Shown here: in pieces, positions 1 through 10,077 of the stretch
Layout of the letters: every line of letters begins with the position of its first letter
Numbering within the stretch: the stretch's first letter is position 1
Assembly: GCA_963823035.1 (NCBI GenBank)
Contig: CAWGKG010000010.1
Coordinates: forward strand, 256,001 to 320,000
Reading direction: 5' to 3'
Length of the DNA stretch: 64,000 nucleotides
Source: an uncultured Gemmatimonadales bacterium
Lineage (GTDB): Bacteria; Gemmatimonadota; Gemmatimonadetes; Longimicrobiales; Gaopeijiaceae
Program-made: the position numbers and the translations under genes
The notes under the pieces: model-generated
What the model was told of the DNA's origin: nothing
What the model saw: the letters and a program-made list of their open reading frames with translations, nothing else
The model's database searches: none

Positions 1-1279
1 AATCCGTGTAGTAGGTCGGCTCCGCCCGTCCCTGGAAGGTCGGCGCGCGCTCCAGGTGCGTGACCTCGCCGTTGAGCGCCAGGAGGCGGTTCGCCGAGAG
101 GGGGATCACCTTCTGGAAGCCCAGCGTGTACGCCTGCGAGTGCTCGGGCTCGAGGAAGACGTCCCTCAGGTCCCACGCGTGGTCGTTGCGCGCCCACTCG
201 AAGTAGGCCTCGAAGCCGTTGCCCGCGCTGACCCAGCGCATGAAGAGGGAGAGGAGCTGGTCGCGCCGGTCGTCGCCCGTGGGGTTCTCTTCCGTGGCCA
301 GCCCGCTCTTCGTGCCGCGCTGGAAGATGAGCAGGTACTCGCCGGCGTCGAGGCCGGAGGAAGGCACCATCTCGACGAAGACGCGGGACGCGCCGAGCGA
401 CAGCCCGTCGAGTCCGCGCGGCGTGAGCGAGACGACGGCGCCCGTGATGAAGCGGCCGTGGAGGGTGTCGGGCGCCGGCGCGTCGAACCACTCCGAGCTC
501 TGCAGCCTCCCCCAGATCCACTGCGCTTCCAGCGTTCCGAAGCCGACGTCGACGGGTCGGGAGGTGCCCAGGGAGCCGTGCGGGAAGCCCGGCGCGTTGT
601 CGCTCATGATGATCGCGTTCCGGATGCCCGGCCCCCACCAGAGGCTCTCCGTCCCGAAGCCCACCGTCGCTCCCCGCCAGGTGAGGCGCGCGGACGACTC
701 CCCCGGATCCAGGACGGCCACGCGCTCCGGACCGAACCGCTGCGGGAGGTCGATCGAGCGCCACGGATAGGCGTATTCGCTCGCGCCGGCCCGGGTGACC
801 GGGGCGAGCGGGAAGTCGGCGTTCTGGGCGTAGAACACCAACGGATGCGCCGTCACGGTGAGCGGACCCCACCTCGCCGACACGCCGGCGTCCAGCGCGG
901 CGGTGACGCCTTTCCCCTGCCAGACGGCGCCGTCGTTGGCTCCGAAGGGACGGCTCGTGTTCGCGAAGAGGCGGACGCGCGCCTCCGCGCGCAGGAGCGT
1001 CGGGCCCGGAGCGCCCGGCGGAGCGGCGAAGAGGCCCGGTCGCCCCTCCCACGGGTGGTCGAGGGAGTCGGTCGGTTCGACCCGGAAGAGGAAGGGGCGT
1101 ACGTTGAACGACCCCGGATCGACGCGCCCGACGAGCTGGAGCACGCGCAGGTAGTCCTCCAGCGGGTCGCCGACGGTCACGCTCTGGGCGGTCGCGGGGC
1201 GGGGCGTGAGGACGGCGAGGGCCGCGAGGACGAAGGCCTTCAGCGGGCGGACGGCGAGGCACTTCCGGACAACGGACAT
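1..1279 (-). CDS. Capsule assembly Wzi-family outer membrane protein (3' end runs off the window)
   Basis: Not in the ORF track. Manual minus-strand translation from ATG 1279 gives a signal peptide (MSVVRKCLAVRPLKAFVLAALAVLTPRPATAQ), then NDGAVWQGKG, IDLPQRFGP and LWWGPGIRNAIIMSDNAPGFPH. The WWGPG...SDNA motif is typical of Wzi-like proteins. Confidence 0.75.
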   Translation of the reverse strand, partial: MSVVRKCLAVRPLKAFVLAALAVLTPRPATAQSVTVGDPLEDYLRVLQLVGRVDPGSFNVRPFLFRVEPTDSLDHPWEGRPGLFAAPPGAPGPTLLRAEARVRLFANTSRPFGANDGAVWQGKGVTAALDAGVSARWGPLTVTAHPLVFYAQNADFPLAPVTRAGASEYAYPWRSIDLPQRFGPERVAVLDPGESSARLTWRGATVGFGTESLWWGPGIRNAIIMSDNAPGFPHGSLGTSRPVDVGFGTLEAQWIWGRLQSSEWFDAPAPDTLHGRFITGAVVSLTPRGLDGLSLGASRVFVEMVPSSGLDAGEYLLIFQRGTKSGLATEENPTGDDRRDQLLSLFMRWVSAGNGFEAYFEWARNDHAWDLRDVFLEPEHSQAYTLGFQKVIPLSANRLLALNGEVTHLERAPTFQGRAEPTYYTD

Positions 1280-1375
1280 GTCCGCGGGAACATGTGTGTA
1301 CGGTCGGTCGTAGGCAACGTCACGGGCGGCGCCACCCGCAGGCGGCCAGCCCCCAACCGGTTCCGCGACAAAGGG

Positions 1376-3409
1376 ATGCCTGCCCGTCCACCGTCCTTCG
1401 GCGACCACGTCTCGGTCGTGATGCCCGCGTATGAGCACGAGCGCTACGTGGTCGCCGCCCTCGACAGCGTTCGGACCCAATCCTTCACGCCCGCCGAGGT
1501 CGTCGTGGTGGACGACGGCTCCACGGACCGCACCCCCGACCTGCTCGAGGCCCAGCGAGCCGAGGGGTGGCTCGTGGTGCGCCAGGAGAACCGCGGCGCC
1601 CACGCCGCGCTGAACCGTGCGATCGAGTTGAGCCGGGGCGACTGGATCGCGATCCTCGACTCCGACGACCTGTTCGACGAAGGGCGCATCGAGGAGGCGC
1701 TGGGCGTGGCGCGCGCCACCGCGGCGGCGCTGGTGATCGGGGCGGTCGAGCTCGTCGACGAGGTGGGTGCGATCGTCCCGGAGACGCATCCGACCGCGCG
1801 TTGGTACGCCGAGGCGCGGGCGGACCAGGCGCGTGCGCGCTCCCTGCGCGACGGCCTGCGGCGCCACAACGTGGCCGTGACCACGTCGAACTTCTTCCTG
1901 CACCGCTCCCTCTGGCGCGCGCTGGGCGGCTTCCGCCCCTACCGCTACGTGCACGACTACGACTTCCTCCTGCGTGCGGTGGACCTCGTGCCCGACCGTG
2001 TGGTGTTCGAGCCCGGGTTGGGTGGCGTGCGCTACAGGGTGCACGGGTCCAACACGATCACGGAGGACGTGGGCGCGGCCCTGGCGGAGCGGAAGGCGCT
2101 CCTGCGCGCGCGGTCGGGCCCGCTGGCCCGCGCGGCCGGAGTGCTGGGTGGGAGCGGAAAGGCGCGCCGCGTTCGTGACGCCGTGGATACCACGCCGCCC
2201 GCGCTCCCGGCGCCGGCGCCCACCCACGGCGGCCCGCCACGCGTGGCGACCCTCCGCTGCGGCATCGTGGTGCGCGACCTCGACGCCGGTGGTCTCGAGG
2301 AGGTCGTGGCCCTCCTGGCGCGCACGCTTCCGGAGCAGGGGGTGGACCCCCACGTCCTGTGCACCTCCGGCGGCGGGGCGGTGGCCACCCGCCTGCGCCG
2401 GGCCGGTGTGCCCGTCGAGGTCGCCGGAGGGAGGCCGGACGCATGGCGTCGCTGGCTGGACGCGGTCCGGCCGGACGTCATCTCCTCCCACTTCGGCGAT
2501 CCGGACGCCTTCGCCGCGCTCTCGGGGCGGGGCGTGCCCATGGTGGAGGTCGTCCACAACGTCTACGCGTGGCTGTCGCCGGAGGCGTGGGCGCGCGAAC
2601 GGGAGAAGGCCGCTTCGGCGGGGGCGGTGGTGGCCGTCAGCGACACGGTCGCCCGCCACTGGGCCGGACGCTGCGGCGTGGAGCCGGGGCTCGTGCGCGT
2701 GGTGCCGAACGCCGTGCATCCCGGGCGCGCGTGCGGGCCACCGAGGGCGGTGGCGCGGAGCATGCGCGGCTTCGCCCCCGACGACGTCGTCTTCGTCGGC
2801 CTGGGGCGCTACGGCCTGCAGAAGAACCAGGCGGGGCTCCTCGATGCGTTCGCCGAGGTCGCTGCCGCGGAGCCCCGTGCCCGTCTCGTCCTCGCCGGGG
2901 ATGCGCCGGACCCGGCGTACCTCGACGCGCTCCGCCGGGACCACGCAGCCCTGCTCGCCGCGGGGCGCGCCCGCCTCGATCCGGCGATCTGCTGCCCCGG
3001 GCCGCTGCTCGCGGCCGGGGACGTGTACGTGTCCGCCTCGCTCTTCGAGGGTTGGAGCCTCGCGGCCTCGGAGGCGATGTGGGTCGGCCTCCCCCTCCTG
3101 CTCACCGACTGCGGAGGCGCGCGGGAGCTGGTCGGTGCCGCCGGGGAGCGCGGACGCGTCGTTCCCAACCCCGCCGGGTCTCCGGAGCCGATGGACACGG
3201 ACGAGATGCGGTCCATCGCACCCGGCACGGTGGAAGAGAGCCGGCGTGCGCTCGTCGACGCGATGCTGGCGTTCGTGCGGGAGCGGGAGGCGTGGGGGTC
3301 GCGACGCGGAGAGATCCGCCGCGCCGCCCGACGTCTGCTGGCTCCGGCACGGATGGCGGCGGGACACGCCGAGGTGCTGCGCGCCGTGGCCGGGTCGCGG
3401 GAGAACGCA
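1376..3409 (+). CDS. Two-domain glycosyltransferase (GT2 + GT4); no stop codon before the next gene
   Basis: Within ORF 56..5497 from ATG 1376. GT-A motifs: VSVVMPAYEHE, VVDDGSTD, ILDSDD, HDYDF. GT-B motifs: GGLEEVV, VPNAV, GRYGLQKNQ, SLFEGWSLAASEAM. End coordinate is approximate. Confidence 0.85.
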
Positions 3410-5193
3410 GTGGCCGCGCTGCGCCGGCGGGGAGCCGCGCTCGCGCTCTGCCTGGGGATGGCGCTGGCGCTCCCGGCGGCGCTCGCGGCACGGCAGGCGG
3501 GGTCGACCTCCGGCGCCGGGGACGGCGCGGAGGACCGCACGTGCTCGGAGGGCCGCATCGACGACATCGCCATCCACAACGCGTCGGTGTTCGACACCGG
3601 CGCCACGGACCACGCGCTGCTCAGGTGGGCGTACGGCACGGCGAACCTCCTGCACGTGCGCACGCGCCGCTCGTTCATCCGGCGCGAGCTGCTCTTCGAG
3701 GAGGGTGACTGCCTCGATCCCTTCCTCCTCTCCGAGTCGCAACGGCTGCTGGACGGGTACGGCTTCCTGACCGGCGCGAGGGTCTGGGCCGAGCCCACGG
3801 GTGACGACGGCGGGCAGCGCGTGGTCGTCGAGACGCGCGACGAATGGTCCACACGGCTCGACGTGGGCGCGGGCTACACGCAGGGGCTGAACCTCGAGAA
3901 GCTGCAGGTCAAGGAGAAGAACTTCGTGGGGCAGGGGATCCTCGCGGAGTTCACGCGGCGGGAGTTCCGCTCCGAGAAGACGCAGTCGTTCGGCCTGTCC
4001 ACGCCCCGCCTGTTCGGGCGGACGGACGCGGGGGCGTGGTGGGGAAGCGAGCGCGCCGGCCGCTTCTTCACGGAGCGCGTGAGCTACCCCTTCGTCGCCC
4101 GGACCGGCCGGGTCGCGCTCCTCGAGTCGTTCACGCGCGGCACCTCGTTCTTCCCCTACGCGGCGGGGGAGGGCGAGGGGATCTCCAACGCGCTCGCCCC
4201 GGTGTTGCGGGAACGGCTCCAGCTCGCCGCGGCCGGCCGCTTCGGCCGCCCGGAGAACGCGCTCGTGGCCGGGGTGAGCCTCACGCGTGACGTGGTGCGC
4301 TATCCGGGGCCGATCGAGCTCGTCCACGGCGGGGACTTCGACCGGCGCACGGTGTCCGAGGAGGCGCCACCGGAGGACGTCGCCCGGCAGCTCAGGCCGT
4401 TCACGGAGACGCGCATGAGCGTGCACCTGGGGCTGCGCCACTACCGCAACCGGGAGTACGTCGGGCTGGACGCGGTCCGGGACCGGCAGACGATCGGCGT
4501 GGGCTACTGGACGGGCGTGAGCCTCGGCCGCGCCATTCCCCTCGCGGCCGACGGCGTGGACGACGTGTTCGCCCGCATGCACTCGAGCATGGGCGTGCCG
4601 CTCGGCTCCTCCCTCCTGCACGGCGGCACCACCGTGGAGGCACGGCACGCCGGCGCCGGGTGGCACGACGTGCTCGCCGAAGCGGACCTGGTGGCCTACC
4701 TGCGCAACGACGCGCTTCCCGGGCACACCCTCCTGCTGCGCGCGTCCGGGGCGGGCGGCTGGCGCACCACGCTGCCCTACCAGCTCACGCTCGGGGGGCG
4801 CGACGGCGTGCGCTCGCTCTACGAGGACGCGTACCCCGGCGGGCGCCAGCTCCGCTTCGTGGTGGAGGACCGCATCGCGCTCCCCTGGCCACGCTGGGAC
4901 GCGGTGGACCTGGGCGTCACGCTCTTCGGCGATGCCGGGCGCATATGGCGGGGCGACGTGCCGTACGGCGCGGACTCACCCTGGCTCGGTGCGGCCGGCT
5001 TCGGCCTCCGCGTCGGCTTCCCGTCCGGGACGCGCAGCGTCCTGCGGCCCGAGATCGTCTTCCCGGTCGGGCCCGATCAGCGCGGTCGTGGGTCTTCCGC
5101 ATCACCTACGAGTTCAACCGCATGCGCGACGGGTACTTCACCCCCGAGCTGGCGCGCAGCCGCAGGTTCGACCTGGGTCCGGAGCGGTTCTGA
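3410..5193 (+). CDS. BamA/TamA (Omp85)-like outer membrane protein with POTRA-like N-terminus; frameshift near 5080
   Basis: GGAG upstream of in-frame GTG 3410, followed by a signal peptide (RRRGAALALCLGMALALPAALA). Motifs: LHVRTRRSFIRRELLFEEGD, VETRDEWS, EKNFVGQG, LGGRDGVRS, FGDAGRIW, GFGLR. The C-terminus (WVFRITYEFNR...GPERF*) lies in ORF 4660..5193. Confidence 0.75.
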
Positions 5194-5251
5194 GACAGGG
5201 CGCGTAAGGTCGCAGCCGACCCATCCGCGACCCGCTCGACTTCCGCAGGGC

Positions 5252-6503
5252 TCACGCGAGGGAAAGGAGCGCTTCGACGAGGAGCACGTCGTCCAGGTGG
5301 GGAGCGCTCCCCTCCGTCACCAGCGGGGTGTCCACCACGCGCACGCCCGTCTTCTCGATCGCCTTCACGTGCGCGGCGCTCACGCCCGTGGTCGAATCCA
5401 GCAGCACGAACTGGAGGAGCGCGTCCACACCGACGCGCCGGGCAGGCACCCTCGCGCAGATAGCGGACGAGCGTGCGGACCTTCTCCGGCAAGGTGAGGC
5501 CGATCTCCTCGGGGTCGTGCCCCGGGTTGGGGACGTACACCTTGGGCACGTCCACCTCGGCGATCGTGTCGGCCACGCCCTCGGGAAGCAGCGTCGCGAT
5601 CACGCTCGTGTAGAAGCTCCCGATCGGATAGCAGATCAGGTCGGCCGCGCGAATCAGGGAGACGACGGCGTCGGGCACCCGCGGCCGGTAGGGGCGGGGG
5701 CTCCTCAGCGACCGGGCGAGGAAGAGGCGCTCGATGCGGCTGTCCAACGGGGGCGAGCCGTTCCCGGTGAGCCGGTGCTGTCCGAGGACCGTGCGCCCGC
5801 TCGCCAGCCTTCCCACCAGGTGGAGGTCCTCCTCGACCACGGGCCGCACGACGCCGCGTACCTCCACGAGCTGGGAGAAGAGGAAGAGCACCGAATCGAG
5901 CTGGCGGCCCTGATTCAGGTAGCCTCCCGCCAGTACGAGGTTGCCGATGTTCGCGCCGCGCAGGTCGAAGTCGTCCGGCATCGACTCCTCGAAGAAGCCG
6001 AGGTGGTTGCGCACGAGCGCCCGGAGCGGTTCGGTGACCTCGGCGATCCGAGGGTCTTGGCCGCGCACCATCCTGCGGAGCGCCGCGCGCAGCACGGCGG
6101 GGCGGGCCTCCTGCGGGAAGCGGAAGGCGAAGAGCGAGTATATCTCCGGGTGCCCGAGCACCGAGCGGTCGGCGAGCGCCATGAGCCGGTTGCGCAGGTC
6201 GCCCACCGCCGGCATGCGGAAGGCCTTCCGGAGGACCGCGGAGCTTCCGCCCGAGTCGAACGCGGTGATCACGTGTGCGGAGTTGTGCGTGTACTCGATC
6301 AAGTGGTGGCTGAGGCCACGCAGCGCGGTTCCGCCCGAGAAGAAGAGGGGCCGAACGCCCACCTCCGGCGCGTGGCGAAAGCGTGCCAGACGCACCGGAT
6401 CGGGGATGGGAACGGAGCGGGTGACGCGGACCGGCCGCATCGGGCGCTCGACCTGATCGGGGGTCACGTCGTCGGGATCGACCATCGTCGGCGCGGGGTG
6501 CAT
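5252..6503 (-). CDS. CofD/YvcK (UPF0052)-like protein, resembling the GAK-system CofD-like subfamily; frameshift near 5440
   Basis: FFSGGTAL, ITAFDSGGSSAVLR, AVGDLRNRLMAL, ANIGNLVLAG, ADLICYPIGSFYTSV, PKVYVPN. C-terminus in ORF 5252..5449. Start may be a downstream ATG. Confidence 0.8.
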
Positions 6504-6620
6504 TCGGGAGAAGGGTGAAGGTTGGGCACCGCACCATGATACGGGCGTCGGGCGCCGATTGCCCGGCCGGGCCGTTCAGACGGCCTGGCGCCACGACTTC
6601 GTCTCCGGGAGATTTCGACG

Positions 6621-7916
6621 ATGCTCGGAGCGCTCGTACTCATCGCCGTCAGCGCGTGTCTCGTCGCCGTTTCCACCGCGGGGATGCTCCGCGGCATCGA
6701 GCCCTTCGCGACGTGGTACTATCCGCTCGCGTGGTACCCGCTCCTCTTCGCGGCGGACGCGGTCGTGCGCCTGCGCACCGGGCGTTGGTCGCTCTGGAGC
6801 CGTCCGCGGACGGTGCTCGCGGCGCTCGCGTGGTCCGTCCCGTTCTGGCTCTTCTTCGAGCTGGTCAACTTCCGGGTGGCGAACTGGTACTACGTGTTCG
6901 TGCCGCGGGGCGTGGCCACGCGCTGGACCGGCGTCACGCTCTCGTTCGCGACCGTGCTCCCCGCAATCCTCCTGGCCCGCGAGGTGCTGCGCGCCTTCGG
7001 CGTCGCCGACGGAGTGCGTTGGCGCCCGGTGCGCCTGCGCGCGCGCCCGGCGGCGATCCAGGCGGCGGGCCTGCTCTTCTTCGCCCTCGCCTTCGCCTGG
7101 CCGCGGCTCTTCTTCCCCCTCGTCTGGGGCGGCGTGACCCTCCTGGTCGACCCATGGGTGTACCGGCGCGCTCCCGACCGCTCGATCCTCGGCATGCTCG
7201 AGCGCGGCCGGCCGGGGACGCTCCTCCAACTCCTCCTCGGTGGACTGGCGATCGGCCTCCTCTGGGAGCTGCTGAACGCCCGCGCCCGCGGGCACTGGAT
7301 CTACACGGTTCCCGGCCTGGAGGAGGTGAAGCTCTTCGAGATGCCGGTGGCCGGCTTCCTCGGATTCCCCGTGCTGGCGCTCGACGGGTGGGCGACGTGG
7401 AACGCCCTCGTGCTCCTTGGTCTCGCGCCGGACGTGGGGCGGGCCGCGGGTCCGGGGAGGGCGCGCGCCCGCCTGCGCCGGGTGGTCACCGCGGCCGCCG
7501 TCGCCGTCCCGGTGTGTCTCGTCGTCCTCTCGGGGATGGATCGATGGACGGTCACGTCCGTGACGCCCGACCTGGCGGCCATCGCCGCGGAGGGGGCACC
7601 GCCGCTCGAGCGCTCGGGGATGGACGTCTTCGCCTTGGCCACCGCGCGGCCGGGGATCGTCGCCGCTCTCTCGTCCACGGAGCCGGAGGTGGCCGTCGAC
7701 TGGATCCGTCGAGCCCGTCTCGTCGCGCTGAGGGGGATCGGCGTGGAGAACGCGCGTTTCCTGGAGGAGGTCGGCGTCGCGTCGGTCGAGGGGCTGGCCG
7801 GCGCGGATGCGGCCGCCCTCACGGCCGAGCTGCGCCGGGCCGGCGCGCCCAGCGTCAGGGAGCCACGCGTCCGGGTATGGATTCGCGGCGCGCGCGAGGC
7901 GCTCCCGGATCGCTAG
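6621..7916 (+). CDS. Multi-pass membrane protein with C-terminal DUF4332/helix-hairpin-helix-like domain
   Basis: About 8-9 hydrophobic segments, then ARLVALRGIGVENARFLEEVGVASVEGLAGAD...VRVWIRGA (HhH-like). Confidence 0.7.
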   Translation: MLGALVLIAVSACLVAVSTAGMLRGIEPFATWYYPLAWYPLLFAADAVVRLRTGRWSLWSRPRTVLAALAWSVPFWLFFELVNFRVANWYYVFVPRGVATRWTGVTLSFATVLPAILLAREVLRAFGVADGVRWRPVRLRARPAAIQAAGLLFFALAFAWPRLFFPLVWGGVTLLVDPWVYRRAPDRSILGMLERGRPGTLLQLLLGGLAIGLLWELLNARARGHWIYTVPGLEEVKLFEMPVAGFLGFPVLALDGWATWNALVLLGLAPDVGRAAGPGRARARLRRVVTAAAVAVPVCLVVLSGMDRWTVTSVTPDLAAIAAEGAPPLERSGMDVFALATARPGIVAALSSTEPEVAVDWIRRARLVALRGIGVENARFLEEVGVASVEGLAGADAAALTAELRRAGAPSVREPRVRVWIRGAREALPDR

Positions 7917-7940
7917 GGACAGGTCCCTGGCAGGCGCGGC

Positions 7941-8921
7941 CTATTCCTGGTGGCGGAGGGCGGTCACGAGCTGTCGATCGACGTCCAGGTCGTCGACGTG
8001 CGCATCGACGAAGCCCGCAGCCTCCAGCCAGCCGACCACTTCGTCTTCGGCGTAGGTGTCGCCCTCCTCGGTGTGCAGGAGCATCTGCACCGCGAAGCGC
8101 GCCGCGCGCCCGCTTCGGCCGCGCACGAACTCCGCAACCGCCACCACGCCGCCCGGCGCTGTGACCTCGGCCACCTTCGCCGCCAGCGCCATGTTCCGCT
8201 CGGGGGCGTAGATGTGGAGGATGTTGGAGAGGAGCACGACGTCGAACGGGCCTCGCGGGAGGGGGTCGGCGTTGAAGTCGGCGGCGACCATCTCGATCCG
8301 GTCGGCCGCACCGAGGCCGTAGGCGTCCTCGACGTGCTGTACCACGTCCTCCGTGTCCACGATCGTCGCGGCCAGCCCGCGCGCCACGAAGCCGCGGCTC
8401 AAGTGGCCCGGCCCGCCCCCCAGGTCCAGCACCGTGGCGGCACCCGGACGGCGCTCGAGGCAGAGGTCCACGATGCGCTTCGTACGCGCGTCCGGCGCCG
8501 CGGCCATCGCCGACATGAAGCGGGCGACGCGCGGCTCGTCGCGCCGCGCCGGCCGCTCCTCCAGGGGGCCGCCGCGGTGCAGGACCTCGTCCAGATGCGT
8601 CCAGGCCCGCATGCTCCTGAGCCAGTGCGACAGCGAGCCCGCCGCGTAGCCCGGGCTCCCGGAGTCGCAGAGCTCCGCCCGCGAGCGCGCCGTCGGGCGG
8701 TAGGCGCCGTCGTCCACGGTCAGGAAGCCCAACTCCACGAGCGCCTCACAGGCGATGTGGGTGGCGCGTCCGTCCAGGCTCAGCCGCTCGGCCAGCGCGC
8801 CCGCGTCCGCGGGCTCCGCGCAGAGCGAGCGGAACAGCCCGACCTCGTGCGCGGCGGCGATGAGCAGCGTGGCCTCGGTCTGATCTCGCAGCTCGGCCAA
8901 CGTCCGGCCGTGCAGGTCCAT
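7941..8921 (-). CDS. SAM-dependent O-methyltransferase (dimerisation + Methyltransf_2 domains)
   Basis: ATG 8921 after GGAGG. VLDLGGGPGH SAM motif, ADFNADP, FDVVLLSNILH. Confidence 0.85.
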   Translation of the reverse strand: MDLHGRTLAELRDQTEATLLIAAAHEVGLFRSLCAEPADAGALAERLSLDGRATHIACEALVELGFLTVDDGAYRPTARSRAELCDSGSPGYAAGSLSHWLRSMRAWTHLDEVLHRGGPLEERPARRDEPRVARFMSAMAAAPDARTKRIVDLCLERRPGAATVLDLGGGPGHLSRGFVARGLAATIVDTEDVVQHVEDAYGLGAADRIEMVAADFNADPLPRGPFDVVLLSNILHIYAPERNMALAAKVAEVTAPGGVVAVAEFVRGRSGRAARFAVQMLLHTEEGDTYAEDEVVGWLEAAGFVDAHVDDLDVDRQLVTALRHQE

Positions 8922-9039
8922 GGTGCCTCCCCCTTCCAGTCGCGCATCCGATGTCGTCGTGCCCGCGGGCGGACCACTATATTCGTCGCGGCCGCTCCGC
9001 CGGGATACCCCGACCCTCTCCGCCTCCAGCCGTTCGCCC

Positions 9040-10017
9040 ATGGAAACCAAGCGCACCACCCTTCCCGCCGCCGAGGAGATCCTGGGCGGCTACTTCCCCG
9101 TGCTCGACCACGGCTTCGTCAGCCTGGTCGACTACATGGGCTCCGACGAGGACGTGGAGCGCGCCGCGCGCGTGAGCTACGGAGCCGGGACGCGGAAGGT
9201 CTCGCAGACGCGTGGCCTCATCCGGTACCTGCGCCGCCATCACCACACGACGCCCAGCGAGATGGTCGAGGTGAAGCTGCACTGCTCGATGCCGATGTTC
9301 GTGGCGCGGCAGTGGATCCGGCACCGGACGGCCTCCGTGAACGAGATGAGCGCGAGGTACTCGCTCATGCCGCTCCTCTTCTATACGCCGCCCGAGGAGC
9401 AGTTCGCGCTGCAGAGCCACTCGAACGCGCAGGGAAGGGAAGGGGGCGCCCCGCCCGAGGTATACCGCGCGGCGGTGGATCGCTGGGAGCGGCTCAGGGC
9501 CGACGCGGGCGCCGCCTATGGCTGGATGCTCGAGGAGGACGTGGCGCGTGAGCTGGCGCGCATCGACCTGCCGCTGTCCACCTACACGCAGTGGTACTGG
9601 AAGATCGACCTGCACAACCTGCTGCACTTCCTCACGCTACGGGTGGACCCGCGCGCGCAGTGGGAGATCCGCGAGTTCGCGCGCGTCATCGCGGGGATCG
9701 TCAAGCGCGTGGCGCCGCTCTCCTACGAGGCGTGGGTGGACTACGACCTGTCGAGCCGGCCCCTCACCCGAGTCGAGCGCGAAGTGCTCTCCGGGCTGCT
9801 GGTCGCGGACGACTCCGGCGTGCGCGCACGGGACGGCGCGTCGGCCTCCACGGAGGCGCTCAAGGAATCCGGACTCTCAGCCAGGGAGGTACGCGAGCTC
9901 GTGGAGAAGCTCGCCGCGCCCGACCATCCGGACTTCGAGCTCGACCTGTCGACGATGCGCCCCGCCGAGGAGCTCGCGGAGAAGATGTCGAAGGCGGTGC
10001 CGGGCACGTTCGAGTAG
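9040..10017 (+). CDS. thyX: FAD-dependent thymidylate synthase ThyX
   Basis: VLDHGFVSLVDYMG, AARVSYG, HTTPSEM, signature QWIRHRTASVNEMSARY, ELARIDLP, LHNLLHFLTLR, AQWEIR. Confidence 0.97.
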   Translation: METKRTTLPAAEEILGGYFPVLDHGFVSLVDYMGSDEDVERAARVSYGAGTRKVSQTRGLIRYLRRHHHTTPSEMVEVKLHCSMPMFVARQWIRHRTASVNEMSARYSLMPLLFYTPPEEQFALQSHSNAQGREGGAPPEVYRAAVDRWERLRADAGAAYGWMLEEDVARELARIDLPLSTYTQWYWKIDLHNLLHFLTLRVDPRAQWEIREFARVIAGIVKRVAPLSYEAWVDYDLSSRPLTRVEREVLSGLLVADDSGVRARDGASASTEALKESGLSAREVRELVEKLAAPDHPDFELDLSTMRPAEELAEKMSKAVPGTFE

Positions 10018-10077
10018 CGGGTCGGAGCCGCGCGGCTCGGGCCGCCGCCGGCGGCCCGACGCTGCGTCCGACCTCGC

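Noticed and set aside
56..1375. N-terminal 440 aa of the 1813-aa ORF
   Set aside because: Antisense shadow of the minus-strand Wzi-like gene; real coding begins at ATG 1376.
5194..5497. C-terminal tail of ORF 56..5497
   Set aside because: Out-of-frame run-on after the ~5080 frameshift; it overlaps the convergent CofD-like gene.
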